A stretch of 64,000 nt of DNA from Eledone cirrhosa (taxonomy: Eukaryota). The stretch is from positions 56,916,001-56,980,000 of the forward strand of contig OZ024741.1 in NCBI GenBank assembly GCA_964016885.1, written 5' to 3'. Under the pieces are notes generated by a model. That model had not been told where the DNA came from. It worked only from the letters and a program-made list of their open reading frames with translations, and made no database searches. The position numbers were made by a program, and so were the translations under genes. Every line of letters starts with the position of its first letter. Within the stretch, counting starts at the first letter, position 1. Shown one piece after another: positions 1 to 14,434 of the stretch.

Positions 1-35
1 CAATCCTACTCCTCCTCTCTTACCAACGTCATTCT

Positions 36-3000
36 TACCCCACCACTACAATCAACATCACCACCACCACCACCACTATCACCATCAACACCACCACCAC
101 TAACACTATCACCATCACCACTATCACCACAATCACTATCACCATCATCACCACCACCACTACCACTATCACCACCACCACCATTACCACTATCACCATC
201 ATCAACACCACCACTATCACTATCACTATCATAACCAGCACCACCACAACTATCACCATCACCACCATCACCATCACCACTGTCACCATCACCACCACCA
301 CTATCACCATCACCACCACCACTATCACCACCACCATCACCACCACTGTCACCATCACCACCACCACCACCACCACTATCACCACCACCACTATCACCAC
401 CACCACCACTATCACCATCACCACCACCACCACCACCACTATCACTACCACCACCACCACTATCACCATCACCACCACCACCACTATCATTATCACCACC
501 ACCACCACCACCACTATCACTACCACCACCACCACTATCACTACCACCACCACCACTATCACCATCACCACCACCACCACTATCATTATCACCACCACCA
601 CCACCACCACCACCACTATCATTATCACCATCACCACCACCACCACTATCATTATCACCACCACCACCAACACCACTATCACCACCACCACCACTACCAC
701 TATCACCACCACCACCACCATCACCATCACCACCACTGTCACCATCACCACCACCACCACTATCATTATCACCACCACCACCAACACCACTATCACCACC
801 ACCACCACCACCACTGTCACCATCACCACCACCACCACTATCACCATCACCACCACCACCACTATCACTATCACCACCACCACCACTATCACCATCACCA
901 CCACCACCACTATCACTATCACCACCACCACCACTATCACCATCACCACCAACACCACTATCACCACCACCACCACTACCACTATCACCACCACCACCAC
1001 CATCACCATCACCACCACCACCACTGTCACCATCACCACCACCACCACCACTATCATTATCACCACCACCACCAACACCACTATCACCACCACCACCACT
1101 ACCACTATCACCACCACCACCACCATCACCATCACCACCACCACCACTGTCACCATCACCACCACCACCACCACTATCATTATCACCACCACCACCAACA
1201 CCACTATCACCACCACCACCACCACCACTGTCACCATCACCACCACCACCACTATCACCACCACCACCAACACCACTATCACCACCACCACCACCACCAC
1301 TGTCACCATCACCACCACCACCACTATCACCATCACCACCACCACCACTATCACTATCACCACCACCACCACTATCACCATCACCACCACCACCACTATC
1401 ACTACCACCACCACCACTATCACTACCACCACCACCACTATCACTATCACCACCACCACCACTATCACCATCACCACCACCACCACCACCACTATCACTA
1501 CCACCACCACCACTATCACTATCACCACTATCACCATCACTATCACCACCACCACCACCACCACTATCACCAGCACCAACACCACTATCACCACTATCAC
1601 CATCACTACCACCACCACCACTATCACTATCACCACCACTACCACTATCACCACCACCACCACCACCACTATCACCACCACCACCACTACCACCACCACC
1701 ACCACTATCACCACCACCACCACTACCACTATCACCACCAACACCACTATCATAAGTAGCACCAACACCACCACCACCACTATCACCACCACCACCACCA
1801 CCACCACTATCACCACCACCACTATCATAACCACCACCACCACCACTACCACTATCACCACCACCACCACCACCACTATCACCACCACCACCACTACCGC
1901 TATCACCACCACCAACACCACCACCACCACTATCACCACCACCACCACTATCACCACCACCACCACCACCACCACTATCACCACCACCACCACCACCACC
2001 ACCACCATCACCACCACCACTATCACCACCACCACCACTACCACTATCACCACCACCAACACCACCACCACCACTATCACCACCACCACCACCACCACCA
2101 CTATCACCACCACCACCACCACCACCACCACCATCACCACCACCACCAACACCACCACCACCACCACTATCACCACCACCACCACCACCACCACCACCAT
2201 CACCACCACCACTATCACCACCACCACCACTACCGCTATCACCACCACCAACACCACCACCACCACTATCACCACCACCACCACTATCACCACCACCACC
2301 ACCACCACCACTATCACCACCACCACCACCACCACCACCACCATCACCACCACCACTATCACCACCACCACCACTACCACTATCACCACCACCAACACCA
2401 CCACCACCACTATCACCACCACCACCACCACCACCACCACTATCACCACCACCACCACCACCACCACTATCACCACCACCACCACCACCACCACCACTAC
2501 CACCACCACCACCACCACCAACACCACCACCACCACTATCACCACCACCACCACCACCACTATCACCACCACCACCACCACCACCACCACCACTATCACC
2601 ACCACCACCACTACCACTATCACCACCACCAACACCACCACCACCACTATCACCACCACCACCACCACCACCTCCACCACCACCACCACCACCACTACCA
2701 CTATCACCACCACCACCACCACCACTATCACCACCACCACCACCACCACTATCACCACCACCACCACCACCACTATCACCACCACCACCACCACCACCAC
2801 CACTACCACTATCACCACCACCACCACCACCAACACCACCACCACCACTATCACCACCACCACCACCACCACTATCACCACCACCACCACCACCATCACC
2901 ACCACCACTATCACCACCACCACTACTATCACCACCACCACCACCACCACCACCACCACCACCACCACCACCACCACCACTATCACCACCACCACCACCA

Positions 3001-3850
3001 CCACTATCACCACCACCACCACCACCACCACCACTATCACCACCACCACCACCACCACCACCACCACCACCACTACCACTATCACCACCACCACCACCAC
3101 CACTATCACCACCACCACCACCACCACCACCACCACCACCACCACCACCACCACCACTACCACTATCACCACCACCACCACCACCACCACCACCACCACC
3201 ACCACCACCACCACCACCACCACCACCACCACTATCACCACCACCACCACCACCACCACCACTATCACCACCACCACCACCACCACTATCACCACCACCA
3301 CCACCACCACCACCACTATCACCACCACCACCACCACCACTATCACCACCACCACCACCACCACCACCACCACCACCACCACTATCACCACCACCACCAC
3401 CACCACTATCACCACCACCACCACCACCACTATCACCACCACCACCACCACCACTATCACCACCACCACCACCACCACTATCACCACCACCACCACCACC
3501 ACCACCACTATCATAACCAGCACCAACACCACTATCATCATCATCATCGTCACCACCACTACAATAACAACTATCAATTCTACCTCCATCATCATCATCA
3601 CCACTACCACACTCATCACATCACCAGCGTTACCATCATCATCATCATCCTCATCATTACCTCTACTACACATTGATCACCACAATCATCATCACCACCA
3701 CCACCACCACTACCATCACCACCACCACCACCATCACCAGCACCACTTATTCCACTGCCATCATCATAACCACTACCGTCTCTATCCCCACTACCACCCT
3801 CAACATTATCATCATCATCATCACCACTACTATCATCATCATCACTATCA
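36..3850. repeat. Long cryptic (CAC/ACC)n trinucleotide satellite with ACT/ATC variants
   Basis: About 3.8 kb of ACC triplets punctuated by ACTATC; explains the 1212-aa poly-Val ORF. Confidence 0.95.
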
Positions 3851-4014
3851 ATGAAGATAGCCATCTGTATATTATCATATATCATACACACTCCGCACGC
3901 ACACACACACACACGCACACACGCACACGCACAGACACACACGCGCGCGCGCACACGCACACACACACACACACACAGACTTCAACGAATATTGCAAGAA
4001 AATCATTTCCAAAA

Positions 4015-4046
<32 letters not shown>

Positions 4047-4249
4047 CATCAGCACCTCCACCACCACCATCATCACTTCCACAATCACCACCAACACCAC
4101 CATCACCACCATCACCACTACCACCACTACCACCACACCAACCATCATACTATCACCTTTACCATCAACCATACTTACAAAATACTACTGTTACTTCTAC
4201 TATCACTACTACTATCACAGCGTCTAATATTACCACTATCACGATTATC

Positions 4250-4960
4250 ATCACTGCCACCACACCACCACACCGCCACTATCACCCCTATCACTATACC
4301 ACCACACCACCATACCGCCACTCTCACCCCTATCACTATACCACCACACCGCCACTATCACCCCTATCACTATACCACCACACCACCACACCGCCACTCT
4401 CACCCCTATCACTATACCACCACACCACCACACCGCCACTCTCACCCCTAGCACTATACCACCACACCGCCACTCTCACCCCTAGCACTATACCACCACA
4501 CCGCCACTCTCACCCCTATCACTATACCACCACACCGCCACTCTCACCCCTATCACTATACCACCACACCGCCACTATCACCCCTATCACTATACCACCA
4601 CACCACCACATCACTGCTATCACCATTATCATCACTACCACCACACCACCAAACCAACACCATCACCCCTATCACTATACTACCACGACACCACGACGCC
4701 ACCACTATCACCCCTGTCACTATACAACCACACAACCACACCACCACATCACTGCTATCATCATTATCACTACCACCACACCACCAAACCAACACCATCA
4801 CCCCTATCACTATACTACCACCACACCACCAAACCAACACCATCACCCCTATCACTATACTACCACCACACCACCAAACCAACACCATCACCCCTATCAC
4901 TATACAGCCACACAACCACACCACCACATCACTGCTATCATCATCATCACTATACCAATA
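4250..4960. repeat. Minisatellite of 34-42 bp units derived from the CAC satellite
   Basis: Repeated ccaccacaccgccactctcacccctatcactata and accaccacaccaccaaaccaacaccatcacccctatcactatact. Confidence 0.85.
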
Positions 4961-5825
4961 CTATCACCACGCCTCCACATCATCACGCAATCCTAGTACT
5001 GCCATCTCTATCAGACTAAACCATAATATCTCCTTATAACAGCACTCATTAAAATTTTATTATCACTAAATAACTATACTATGTGGTCACTTGGTCTGCA
5101 AGAAATAATAGCTGCCGTTATTGTCGCTATCATATCATTACATAAGTGTCTGTAGTATCTCTACGTTGCAATCTCGATGTTATCATACTATCAAAGCAAC
5201 TACTATCACTATGCTATATCATATTGTAAAATGTAAATGAAGCTCTGTCGGTTTGGCGGTAGATATTCCAATTGTTCAACCAATTGAGCTGCCAACTCAA
5301 TGAACTTGCGTGTAAGAGGCTGGATGTTCTATATACACGTGTGCCCTTTAGCATTTACATTACTCTATATATACTATTATATTTTCATGGTAAAGGCTTT
5401 ACCTCACATAATATCGAATCTATGATATTTTGAAAGTATTTATTTTGAGAACAATACCTTAACATCAGTTTGAGCGACCAGTTACAGCCAGTTTGAGCGA
5501 CCAGTTACAGCCAGTTTGAGCGACCAGTTACAGCCAGTTTCAACAGAAAGAGGTAGAGAATTCTGGCCGGTTTGAACATTAAAGGGTTAAGGGAGAACCG
5601 GCGTGACCGTGTATAACAAAAATGGGATTTTGAAATACAGATACAACCAGGGCCGAATTTAATAGGGGGGAAAAGAAGGAAATTGTCTCGGGCCCCCTGT
5701 AGTGGAGCTGCCAACTCAATGAACTTGCGTTTAAGTGACAGAGTATTCTATATATGTGTGAGCTCTTAAGGGAGAAACGGCAGAGCGTTTATAACAAAAT
5801 TGGACTTTTGAATTATAAACACAAC

Positions 5826-6122
5826 CAGGACCGGATTAATGGGGCAAAGGGGACAATTGCTCCGGGCCCCCTGCAGTAGGGGGGAGGGTACCGCCGTCGG
5901 CCGTAGCAATTTATTTGTACCTTCTGTTGGGCTTTTTAGTTTTAGGATGGTTAGAATTTTTTTATTTAATACCTGTATGTATAACTTTCCAATTCCAATT
6001 ACTTGCGGCAAGCTAACTTTGATGGGGGGGGGGGTGCTGTGTATTCTTTTTTTGGGGGGTTGCATGAGAGGCCTCCCAGACCTGAAGTGCCCCTGGCCCC
6101 ACAAGGTCTAAACCCAACCCTG
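5826..6122. mobile_element. Non-autonomous hAT-type DNA transposon (MITE)
   Basis: Ends CAGGACCGGATT...AACCCAACCCTG (imperfect TIRs); 8-bp flanks aacacaac / gacacaac (7/8 TSD); partial duplicate at 5648-5705. Confidence 0.65.
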
Positions 6123-6554
6123 GACACAACCCATTAGATTGATTTCTAAACATTTCCCGTGCACTTAATTTCCCTTACAAACCTTGGGTCCACTTGAGTC
6201 TATGGTAATAAACACCTGGCTAAGATGTATGCAACGCGATGGGATCAAACCTAAAACCTCATGTTTACAAATTAAACTTCTTATCCTTTGGGGCCATGTC
6301 GACATCCCATATTATGTTGTACTAATACCAAAACATCACAATACTGCCACCATTCCACCCATCAATGGACCCTGAACTCTTAGGAGTAAACGCAGGGACT
6401 TCATCGTGACATACGGAGTGTTTTGAACTTTCAAACCTGGCGGAGACCATCTCTGTTCAAGTCTGAACACACTCTCCACTATTCTCTCTGTAAACAGAAA
6501 AAAAAAACGTGATATGCTATCAAAAGACATCTGTAGGCAGAATCATAGGGGTAG

Positions 6555-6601
6555 TTATCTACTGATGAGAAGACAAGAATCTCCGAAACGCGTAAAGATA
6601 A
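6555..6601 (+). ncRNA. Minimal type-I hammerhead ribozyme (PLE-type)
   Basis: ttatcta CTGATGA gaagacaagaatctcc GAAA CGCG TA aagataa: intact core, palindromic stem III ACGCGT, GUA site, stem I ttatct/agataa with one mismatch next to the core. Confidence 0.7.
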
Positions 6602-7013
6602 TCTCTTATGTTTTATATAAGCAGAGAGAATAGTGGGAAATGTGTTTAGACTCCCATTTTTTCACAGAGATGCTTCTAACTGAAAAAAAAATTGGTTACA
6701 TCTATAAGAAATTTATCTTGAATCTGGAAATAATACGCTGTGTTCCTTACATACAAATATTTATCATTTAAAAAAATAAGAGTTTCGAGAACTTTTAAGT
6801 ATTAAGACGACTACATGGTCACAGAATATTGCACAGTTTGATCATACAATGTTAACATATGTTTGAGATACTCTACCACACACACACATACATACGCATG
6901 CACATAACACACAGATACACACATACACACCACGCACACATTCATATATTCACAGCTACACGCAAAACACATACATAGGTACACGCACACAGATACACAT
7001 ATACACACACACG

Positions 7014-7069
<56 letters not shown>

Positions 7070-7282
7070 CATACGCCCACACATTCACACACATGTTATC
7101 AATAGTCTGTTAGAAATGATATATTTATCTAGACTATCACATTGTTTGATATCAGTCAGGTACATATATACTATTGAGCTAGAGGCGCCAGTTACTGACT
7201 TTGTTGCCGAAAGTAGAAATGTTTTCTAGTGAATAAATACACTGGAGTGACTGTTCTTTATATTTACAATTTAATGAAAACG

Positions 7283-7404
7283 TGCGTTATTATACACAGC
7301 AGTTAGGGCAGTTGAGCGGCAGTGCGTTATTATACACAGCAGTTAGGGCAGTTGAGCGGCAGTGCGTTATTATACACAGCAGTTAGGGCAGTTGAGCGGC
7401 AGTG
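7283..7404. repeat. About 40-bp tandem repeat x3 at a SINE 5' end
   Basis: gtgcgttattatacacagcagttagggcagttgagcggca repeated three times. Confidence 0.9.
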
Positions 7405-7580
7405 AACAAAATGCTTGGAGATATTTAGGTGCGACTCTCTAAGCTCTGAGTTCAAATTCCACCAAGGTTAATCTTGCCTTTCATCCTCCTGGGATCGATA
7501 GCACAAAGTACCAGTTAAGTACTGGTATCGATATAATCGATTTTCCCCTCCCCACAAATTACAGGCCTTGTGCTTAAATT
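7390..7580 (+). mobile_element. SINE family S1 copy (tRNA-type)
   Basis: B-box-like GAGTTCAAATTCC followed by gcctttcatcct...aagtaccag...ggccttgtgc, shared with many copies in the window. Confidence 0.75.
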
Positions 7581-8194
7581 ATTTATCATTATACTGAGCA
7601 GTTGTTTATAACGATGGATGCAGGCATGGCTGAGTGATTAAGAAGATCGCTTTACAATCATGATATCCCGGGTTTGATCCCACTGGGTGACATCTAGAAC
7701 AAATGTCTTTACCATAGCCTAGGGTCGACCCAAGCCTTGCAAGTGAAATTGGGTTAACATAAATTGCACGAAAACCCGTCGGATGGACCCTAGCTGTAAT
7801 TCAAAGGTGTCGCCTTGTCATATATTGTATCACACTGATTCGGCTTGGGATTTACGTTAGGGATACACGTGTCAAAGAAATACCTAAAACCTTTTTACGT
7901 TAATTCAGAAGTTGGGTGTTCAGTTGATCAAACAACTGAATGCTCTTCATCGAAACTGGTGAATAATCCATCGTAATGTTGAGCTGAAGATATTCTATCT
8001 ACTGAGCCAGCCAAACATATATTTACCAGAGACTCAGTATACCACTTGTTAGTGACGAGACACAAGCCTTCCATCTTTCAGACCTTCATATTACGCCGTA
8101 TCCACTTTACTAGCTACAATAATATCTATTATCTGTTACTTCTTTTTCTTTTTCTTTTTCATTTTCTTTTTCTTTTTCTTTTTCTTTTTATTCT

Positions 8195-8362
8195 TCTTCG
8201 CCCACTTATTCCTGAAAGGGTCGTGGGGGCAGAGTCCTCAAACATTCATTCAGGCAGGACCTTTCAGAAGCAACCGTCTCCAACTGATCCCCAAGCGTGA
8301 CCAGCCAAGATCATGGATGTTAACCAACCATCTTGCTCGGGGTCTACCCCTGGGTCTCTTGT
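8195..8362 (-). mobile_element. 3' end fragment of an RTE LINE
   Basis: Homologous to the 3' end of the RT-coding copy at 32240-32390. Confidence 0.7.
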
Positions 8363-9886
8363 CGGTTATCTAATTAATTCTGAAGTACCATACGATATAC
8401 TTTGATATACTTATCACATAGCATGATATCAGGGAATTAAGGGAGATAAATGGTTGTAGAAAATCTCATAGATATTCTACTAACCAGGTCTTGAAACGGA
8501 ATTTTAGGGTGGAAAACTGACATTAAACTATTTTATGGTCCCGTAATTCCTGATAGTGTCGTAGGGGCGCCGTATTAACATACGGCATTTCTTGGGTACA
8601 TGAAAGCCTGGCGGAGTCTATTCCTCACCATGCCTGAGTACAGCAGATTTCTTCCAGAGAGAGGAAATGAGAAAGAGATATAGGGGAAGAATTGACCCCA
8701 GTACTAGACTGTTATTTTTTTTATCGACCTAAACAATGAAAGGTAAAGTTGACCTCGGCAGGAATTGAACTCAGAGAGCAGAGAGACATTAAACTATAAC
8801 AATGCATTAATTCAGATTCTCATGACAATATCTAACGTTAAAATAAAAATAAAATGCATCGGAAACAGACATTATATCTTAATTTTTCAACTAATGAATT
8901 TTTTTTTTTTTTTTAGCTATGTTGAAGCGGGGGAAGAGAAGAGACAAAATTAACTGTATTACTATGTAGCTTCTATTAATTTATGTACTTTTTATTGTTG
9001 TAGCAAAGGAACAGATTTTTTTTATTGGGGAGTGGGTAGGAAACAAAGGAAGCAGTCAAGTGTTGTGTTATTAATTTAACTTATTCGCAATTGTTCTGGT
9101 TATTTGATTTTTCCAAAACTAATCAGTACGGATTACTATAAAAAAAATTCTCTTAAATGTTTAACGCTAAAAGATCTATTTAAAAAATATGTAATTTCCT
9201 TTTGATTGGAATATGTGACCGCTTCATTTTAACATTAGGCGGCAAATTGACAGAATCATTAGAGCGTTGGAAAGAATGCTTAGTGGTATTTGTTCCAACT
9301 CTCTGTACTCTGAGATCAACTATAGCCGAGTTCAATTATGTCTTTCGTCCTATTGGGAATTGATAAATAAAGCATCAATGATATCCAATGAAGAGGCAAT
9401 AGATTTGCGGGGATTGTTAAAGCGTAGGACGATATGTCCTGCGGTATCTATCATGGCTCTGTGTGTTTTGAGTTCAAATCTTCCCCACTGTCACTTGAAA
9501 AACTTCTGCTAAGAGTTATAACAGACAGATATTATATTAGCAATGAAAGAGCGGTAGTATCGGTAGAGAGTCGAACACCATGCTTTGCAGCATAGAGTTA
9601 TGGCTCTTTACGGTCTGAGTCCAAATCTCGTCCAAGTCTCTGAGTCCAAATCAGTTTTCCTTGGTCTATTTTCCGTTTAACATCAAACAAAAGAGAAAGA
9701 TTATTTTACTCTCTGTTACAAATAATTTTCACACGAGTCAACGTATTCTTTTCTTTTATTCTTTCACATATTTTAGTCACTAGACTACGTCCTTGCTGGG
9801 GCACCACCTTCAGTTAGTTGGTTATATCGACGCTAATACTTATTTTATTGATCTCTTTTGTCGAAACGCTAAGTTACGGGATATAA

Positions 9887-9992
<106 letters not shown>

Positions 9993-10098
9993 TCATCCGG
10001 CGGCCTCAGATTCCCTGGAGATGGCATCGGGATAGGAGAGCTCCCTCCCCCCTCCCTATTATTAGTGACTACTTGTGGTTTCCAAAGCACTAATGGGG

Positions 10099-10146
<48 letters not shown>

Positions 10147-10153
<7 letters not shown>

Positions 10154-11870
10154 AAAATAACAGGAGGCTGGACTTGTGTAAATCCTTGAAAGGTTTATTA
10201 CACTATGATCATTTCAATGACCGGGTTCCGTACGAATCCGGTGATATCATCAGGTATTCGAAATATAATAAATGAATGTAACAGATAAAATCCAGGGGGC
10301 TGAAAATCGTAGACCCGAGGATGACCGACCATTTAGCACCTTCCACTTTAGCCGGAGCCCTCAAGTGCTGGTCATTCAGCATACTTAAGGCTATCTGGTA
10401 AGGGGGCTAAAGCTTATAGTGTGCTACTAAACTCCCGGTCAAAGAGAAGAAAAACAGAAAGAAAGAGGAAGAAGAGTCGGCGTTAATGTCATGCTACAAG
10501 AAAAAAGACAGAAAGAAAGAGGAAGAAAAGTCAGCATTAATGTCATGCTACAGTCAGGCCAGGAATTGCCGCGAAAAAAGTTATTCTAAAGGACCCGTAT
10601 CTTAACAGAGGTATATATTATAATAGAGGTATATATAGTGGGAGTCTACATGGTATAATGTGTGAGCAGAAGATTGGAACGTTAAATTTTTGTTTAGATT
10701 TATAGGATGAAGTTAAACAAAATTTAAATTTAAAGATTAACATTATAAAATAAAAAAATTAGAAAATTGAAAATTAAACAGTTTAAACATTTTTTTAAGG
10801 TTTGGGGTTGCGAGGTTTAGTTAAAGAAAGAGTCTTTTATGAAGAAACTTTAATTGTATTATAGAGATCCTCGATAAGTTATCCAAGTGGGATGTAGAGT
10901 AAAGATGATGTCCTTGTTTAGCAGTCAAACATCATGCGGCGACTGCAGACTCCGGCCAGCCCATCCTAACCACGTGTCAGCCATTCCGAGTGAGATCGCC
11001 TAGCGAAAGATATGGAAATCAATTTTTCCAAGCACTCCATGAATGTATTCCAGGCTTCAGGTGTGCTAGTGGGAAGTCAGCCATCGTCGTTAGGCCATCG
11101 TTATGCCAAACGAGTACTATTAATTTACACAGGAGGGGGATTTGTTTAAGTAGAGGGAGGCATGATACAGCTAATAGTTATGATTAGGCCTAGAATTTAA
11201 AGGTACTATATGGCGGTCAAAAAACGGCTGCGCGTCCGGCCCCGGGGCGAATCAAACCGCTCCGAGTAATTTCATTTACCGAAAGAAGGGGAAATTTATT
11301 TTTCCAAGCACTCAAGGTAGGCCTATGCAGCAGGAGGCCGGCCGGTCTCGCAGCCAGGAAAACCAATACAATAGTCGGATCATCGCGTGTAATCAATTGT
11401 AAAACTCGATGAAAAGCGCAAATAGACTATATCTAGGTCCCCGGATAGTCCAGCTAATAGGTATTGTTGGGTAGATATTCTAGTGTCGTGTGCTAATGGG
11501 TACAAGCGAGTAAAAATCCGAATAAAAGGAATAAAAAATACATGGATAGATAAAAGTAGAATACGTAGATAAAAACACATTAATACAGTAAAAAGGTGGA
11601 AATATATAAATAAACAAATAAAAATAACTAGAGAGGCGGTGGAGTAAATGGAGAAATCAAAACACAGGAGAAATACAATATAGTTCAAGTTGCAGTCAGA
11701 TAATACATATAGATGTGGAAATGGGATCAGTGTGTGTTCGAGTCTGAGAATTCAGTGTGAGTTACACAGGCCCTGAAGTATAGGGTAGAGAATTTAGTCA
11801 ATACAGTACAGTACAATACATGTTATGGTATAATCCGTAAAATTTTGTCGAAGTCTGAATATTCCGAATA
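10147..11870 (-). mobile_element. PLE-associated non-coding HHR element, family A (5'-truncated)
   Basis: Homologous to 20971-24400 and 39150-43177; HHR plus AATAAA near the 3' end; flanked by (TA)n. Confidence 0.8.
10200..10257 (-). ncRNA. Hammerhead ribozyme, family A
   Basis: Minus strand: atac CTGATGA tatcaccgg..ccggtcatt GAAA TGATCAT A gtgt, followed by AATAAA. Confidence 0.75.
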
Positions 11871-11898
11871 TTCTATATATATATTCTATTCTATATAT

Positions 11899-11930
<32 letters not shown>

Positions 11931-11931
<1 letters not shown>

Positions 11932-12408
11932 TAAAATAACTGATTAAAGTTTAAGCAAAGAATCGCTTCTTAAAGTTTCAGAAGATCCCGTTAAGGGTGA
12001 AAGCAGCGATTCTTTGCTTAAACTTTAATCTGTTATTTTAATAAATATTTGTTCTACGATTCTTATATATTTGATATATATTTATCCTTATCGAGCCCTA
12101 CTTGGATTTTAGGCTTCAAATTTATTATTATTACTATATAGAAGCTGGATTCTTATAGAATTCCAGTAATAATCAGGAACTGATTATACAGAGCGATTGC
12201 CGGTCCAGCAAAAATTAGGTATTAGGATTGGTGCTTTGAAATAGCGAAGCAGGGAGTGCGTGGCTCTGGTGATCGCCAAACAGCGTGAAACAGGCTGTTA
12301 GCTTCTCTCCCTTGTTTCGCCGAAAAGAAGTAAGTGACATAGTCACTACTTTAAAACCGATAGCGAATGGTCTTCAAAATGTTTTTAATTAAACATATGG
12401 TATATTGC

Positions 12409-12410
<2 letters not shown>
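11931..12410 (+). mobile_element. PLE-like terminus with inverted 5' arm and tail (family D)
   Basis: Inverted arms 11931-11967 / 12005-12041; degenerate HHR-like CAGAAGA tccc..gggt GAAA; related pieces at 50335-50400 and 54680-54750; (TA)n flanks. Confidence 0.55.
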
Positions 12411-12450
<40 letters not shown>

Positions 12451-12478
12451 TTAATCGCCTTCACACACACACACGCAT

Positions 12479-12515
<37 letters not shown>

Positions 12516-12529
12516 CATACATACATACA

Positions 12530-12582
<53 letters not shown>

Positions 12583-12605
12583 GTTTGTGTGTATGCGTGT
12601 GTGTG

Positions 12606-12780
12606 AAGGCGATTAACTTAGTGGTTAGAGCGTTGGGCTTAGCATCATGGGGTTGTGAGTTCGATTCCCGGACCAGACGATGCATTGTGTCCTTGAGCAA
12701 GACACTTTATTTCACGTTGCTCCGGTTCGCTCAGCTGGAAAAATGAGTTGCGAAGCTGTATCGACCTTTGCCTTTCTTTT
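12606..12780 (+). mobile_element. tRNA-derived SINE family S2
   Basis: A-box TAGTGGTTAGAGC, B-box GTTCGATTCC, then tgtgtccttgagcaagacacttt; related copy at 58878-59150. Confidence 0.75.
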
Positions 12781-12999
12781 CGTGGCCGAAGGGTGTCCTC
12801 TGTAGTTTCCGTCTAACAAATTCCACTCACTAGGTATTGGTATCAGCCTAGAAATTTCTGGTTGCGAAACAAACTTTTCAACCAGTCATGTCTCTGCATA
12901 TGAAACCTCTATGCCGTCGATTGACTAGCTAAACTCTCCATTCCACAAACTAAAGACATTAGTAAAGGCCTACTCGGATCTAAATAACATTTCTAATTT

Positions 13000-13390
13000 A
13001 GATACAAGGGCACCAACTTGGCTGATGGGGAATTGGTACTTTATTTTATCGGCTTCGGAAAGATTGACCTCGGTGAGATTTGAACTAAGAACGAAAAGAA
13101 CCATAACTATATACAGCAAAGCATTTGTCCGACGCTCTAACAATTCTGCCAGTCAACCGCCCTCAATATAATGATTTCTAATTTTGGCACAAGGCCAGCG
13201 ATTTAACGGAAGGGAAAGTCGAGTATATCGACCGCAGTGATTGATTTGTAGTTTATTTTATCGACCTCGGAATGATCAAAGGCAAAGTTGACCCCGGCAG
13301 GATTTGAACTTTTAACTTAAATGACTGTAACTAAATACCGCAAACATTTTAGCCGACTTTCTAACGATTCTGTCAATCCACCGCCTTCAA
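13000..13390 (-). mobile_element. Two tandem degenerate S1 SINE copies
   Basis: ggcaaagttgacc..ggatttgaact and ttttattttatcg motifs occur twice. Confidence 0.65.
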
Positions 13391-13859
13391 CCTGAATCTA
13401 AATAACAACAACAACAACAACAACGACGACGACGACAATAGTATTGCCGTCAGAACAACTTGCTGCAATTTGTCCCAGCGGACTTTTATTTGGAATAAGA
13501 AGCATACTGTTAAAATAAAACAGCCTGAATAGAAAACTGTGAGTCTTTTATAAAGATGTACTATTTTTCTCCTTTCTGAGCTCATAAATCATGAGTTATA
13601 TTACGGATGCATTTATAGATTTTTATTTTCTTTCTTGCTTTAGAAAGGAAAGATGTAAACCATGATTCTGCTGGCAAATCTAAAATTATGTTTACAACTC
13701 ACGGTTGATGTGTGGTTATTGAGAATTTGTACTATGTATTACGTTCGAACAAAGTCCAATGCAAATGCAATGATGTAGTTTATGTTATATCAAAATTTAT
13801 TCATCTCTGTTATCACAGCAATTACACGTTTAATGTGTGAGAGAGAGAGAGAGAGAGAG

Positions 13860-13950
<91 letters not shown>

Positions 13951-14434
13951 ATGTATGTATGAGTGTGTGTGTGATTGTGTGTGTTCATGCACATGTGTAT
14001 ACACATATACGCACACACATATATATAAGCACACACAATGTATGTATTCATATAAGCGTGTATATATGTATATGTGTTTATATAAGCATATATATGTCCC
14101 CTTATATATATATATATATTTATATATATATGTGTGTGTGTGTGTGTGCATGTACATGAGAGAGGGAGGGAGAGAGAGAATGAGAGAGATATAGTGTGTG
14201 TGCTATCATGGATGAGTGTCTGTGTGTCGCTGAGGCAGTTGTCATTTCTCATTCTTAATATTTTCTAGCACGAGAAGAAGATGAAAATTCTCCCCGTTTT
14301 CAATAAACGAGAAACAGATACATTTAATGTAACACCTGGTGGGAATTAATATACTTTATTACCAAGAAGATGTCACAATCAAACGTAAAATAAGGATTTT
14401 TCGTGGAAATTGACAAGCAATAAAGATGATAATA

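Noticed and set aside
35-3673. 1212-aa poly-Val ORF
   Set aside because: Antisense translation of a (CAC)n satellite; no domain content
3673-4996. Thr/His/Pro-rich ORFs of 184 and 381 aa
   Set aside because: Translations of micro- and minisatellites
7283-7404. Short direct repeats as a CRISPR-like array (also 5467-5540 and 57383-57466)
   Set aside because: No unique spacers; simple tandem duplications in eukaryotic DNA
12606-12690. tRNA gene
   Set aside because: A and B boxes are present but there is no clean cloverleaf, and it continues into a SINE body
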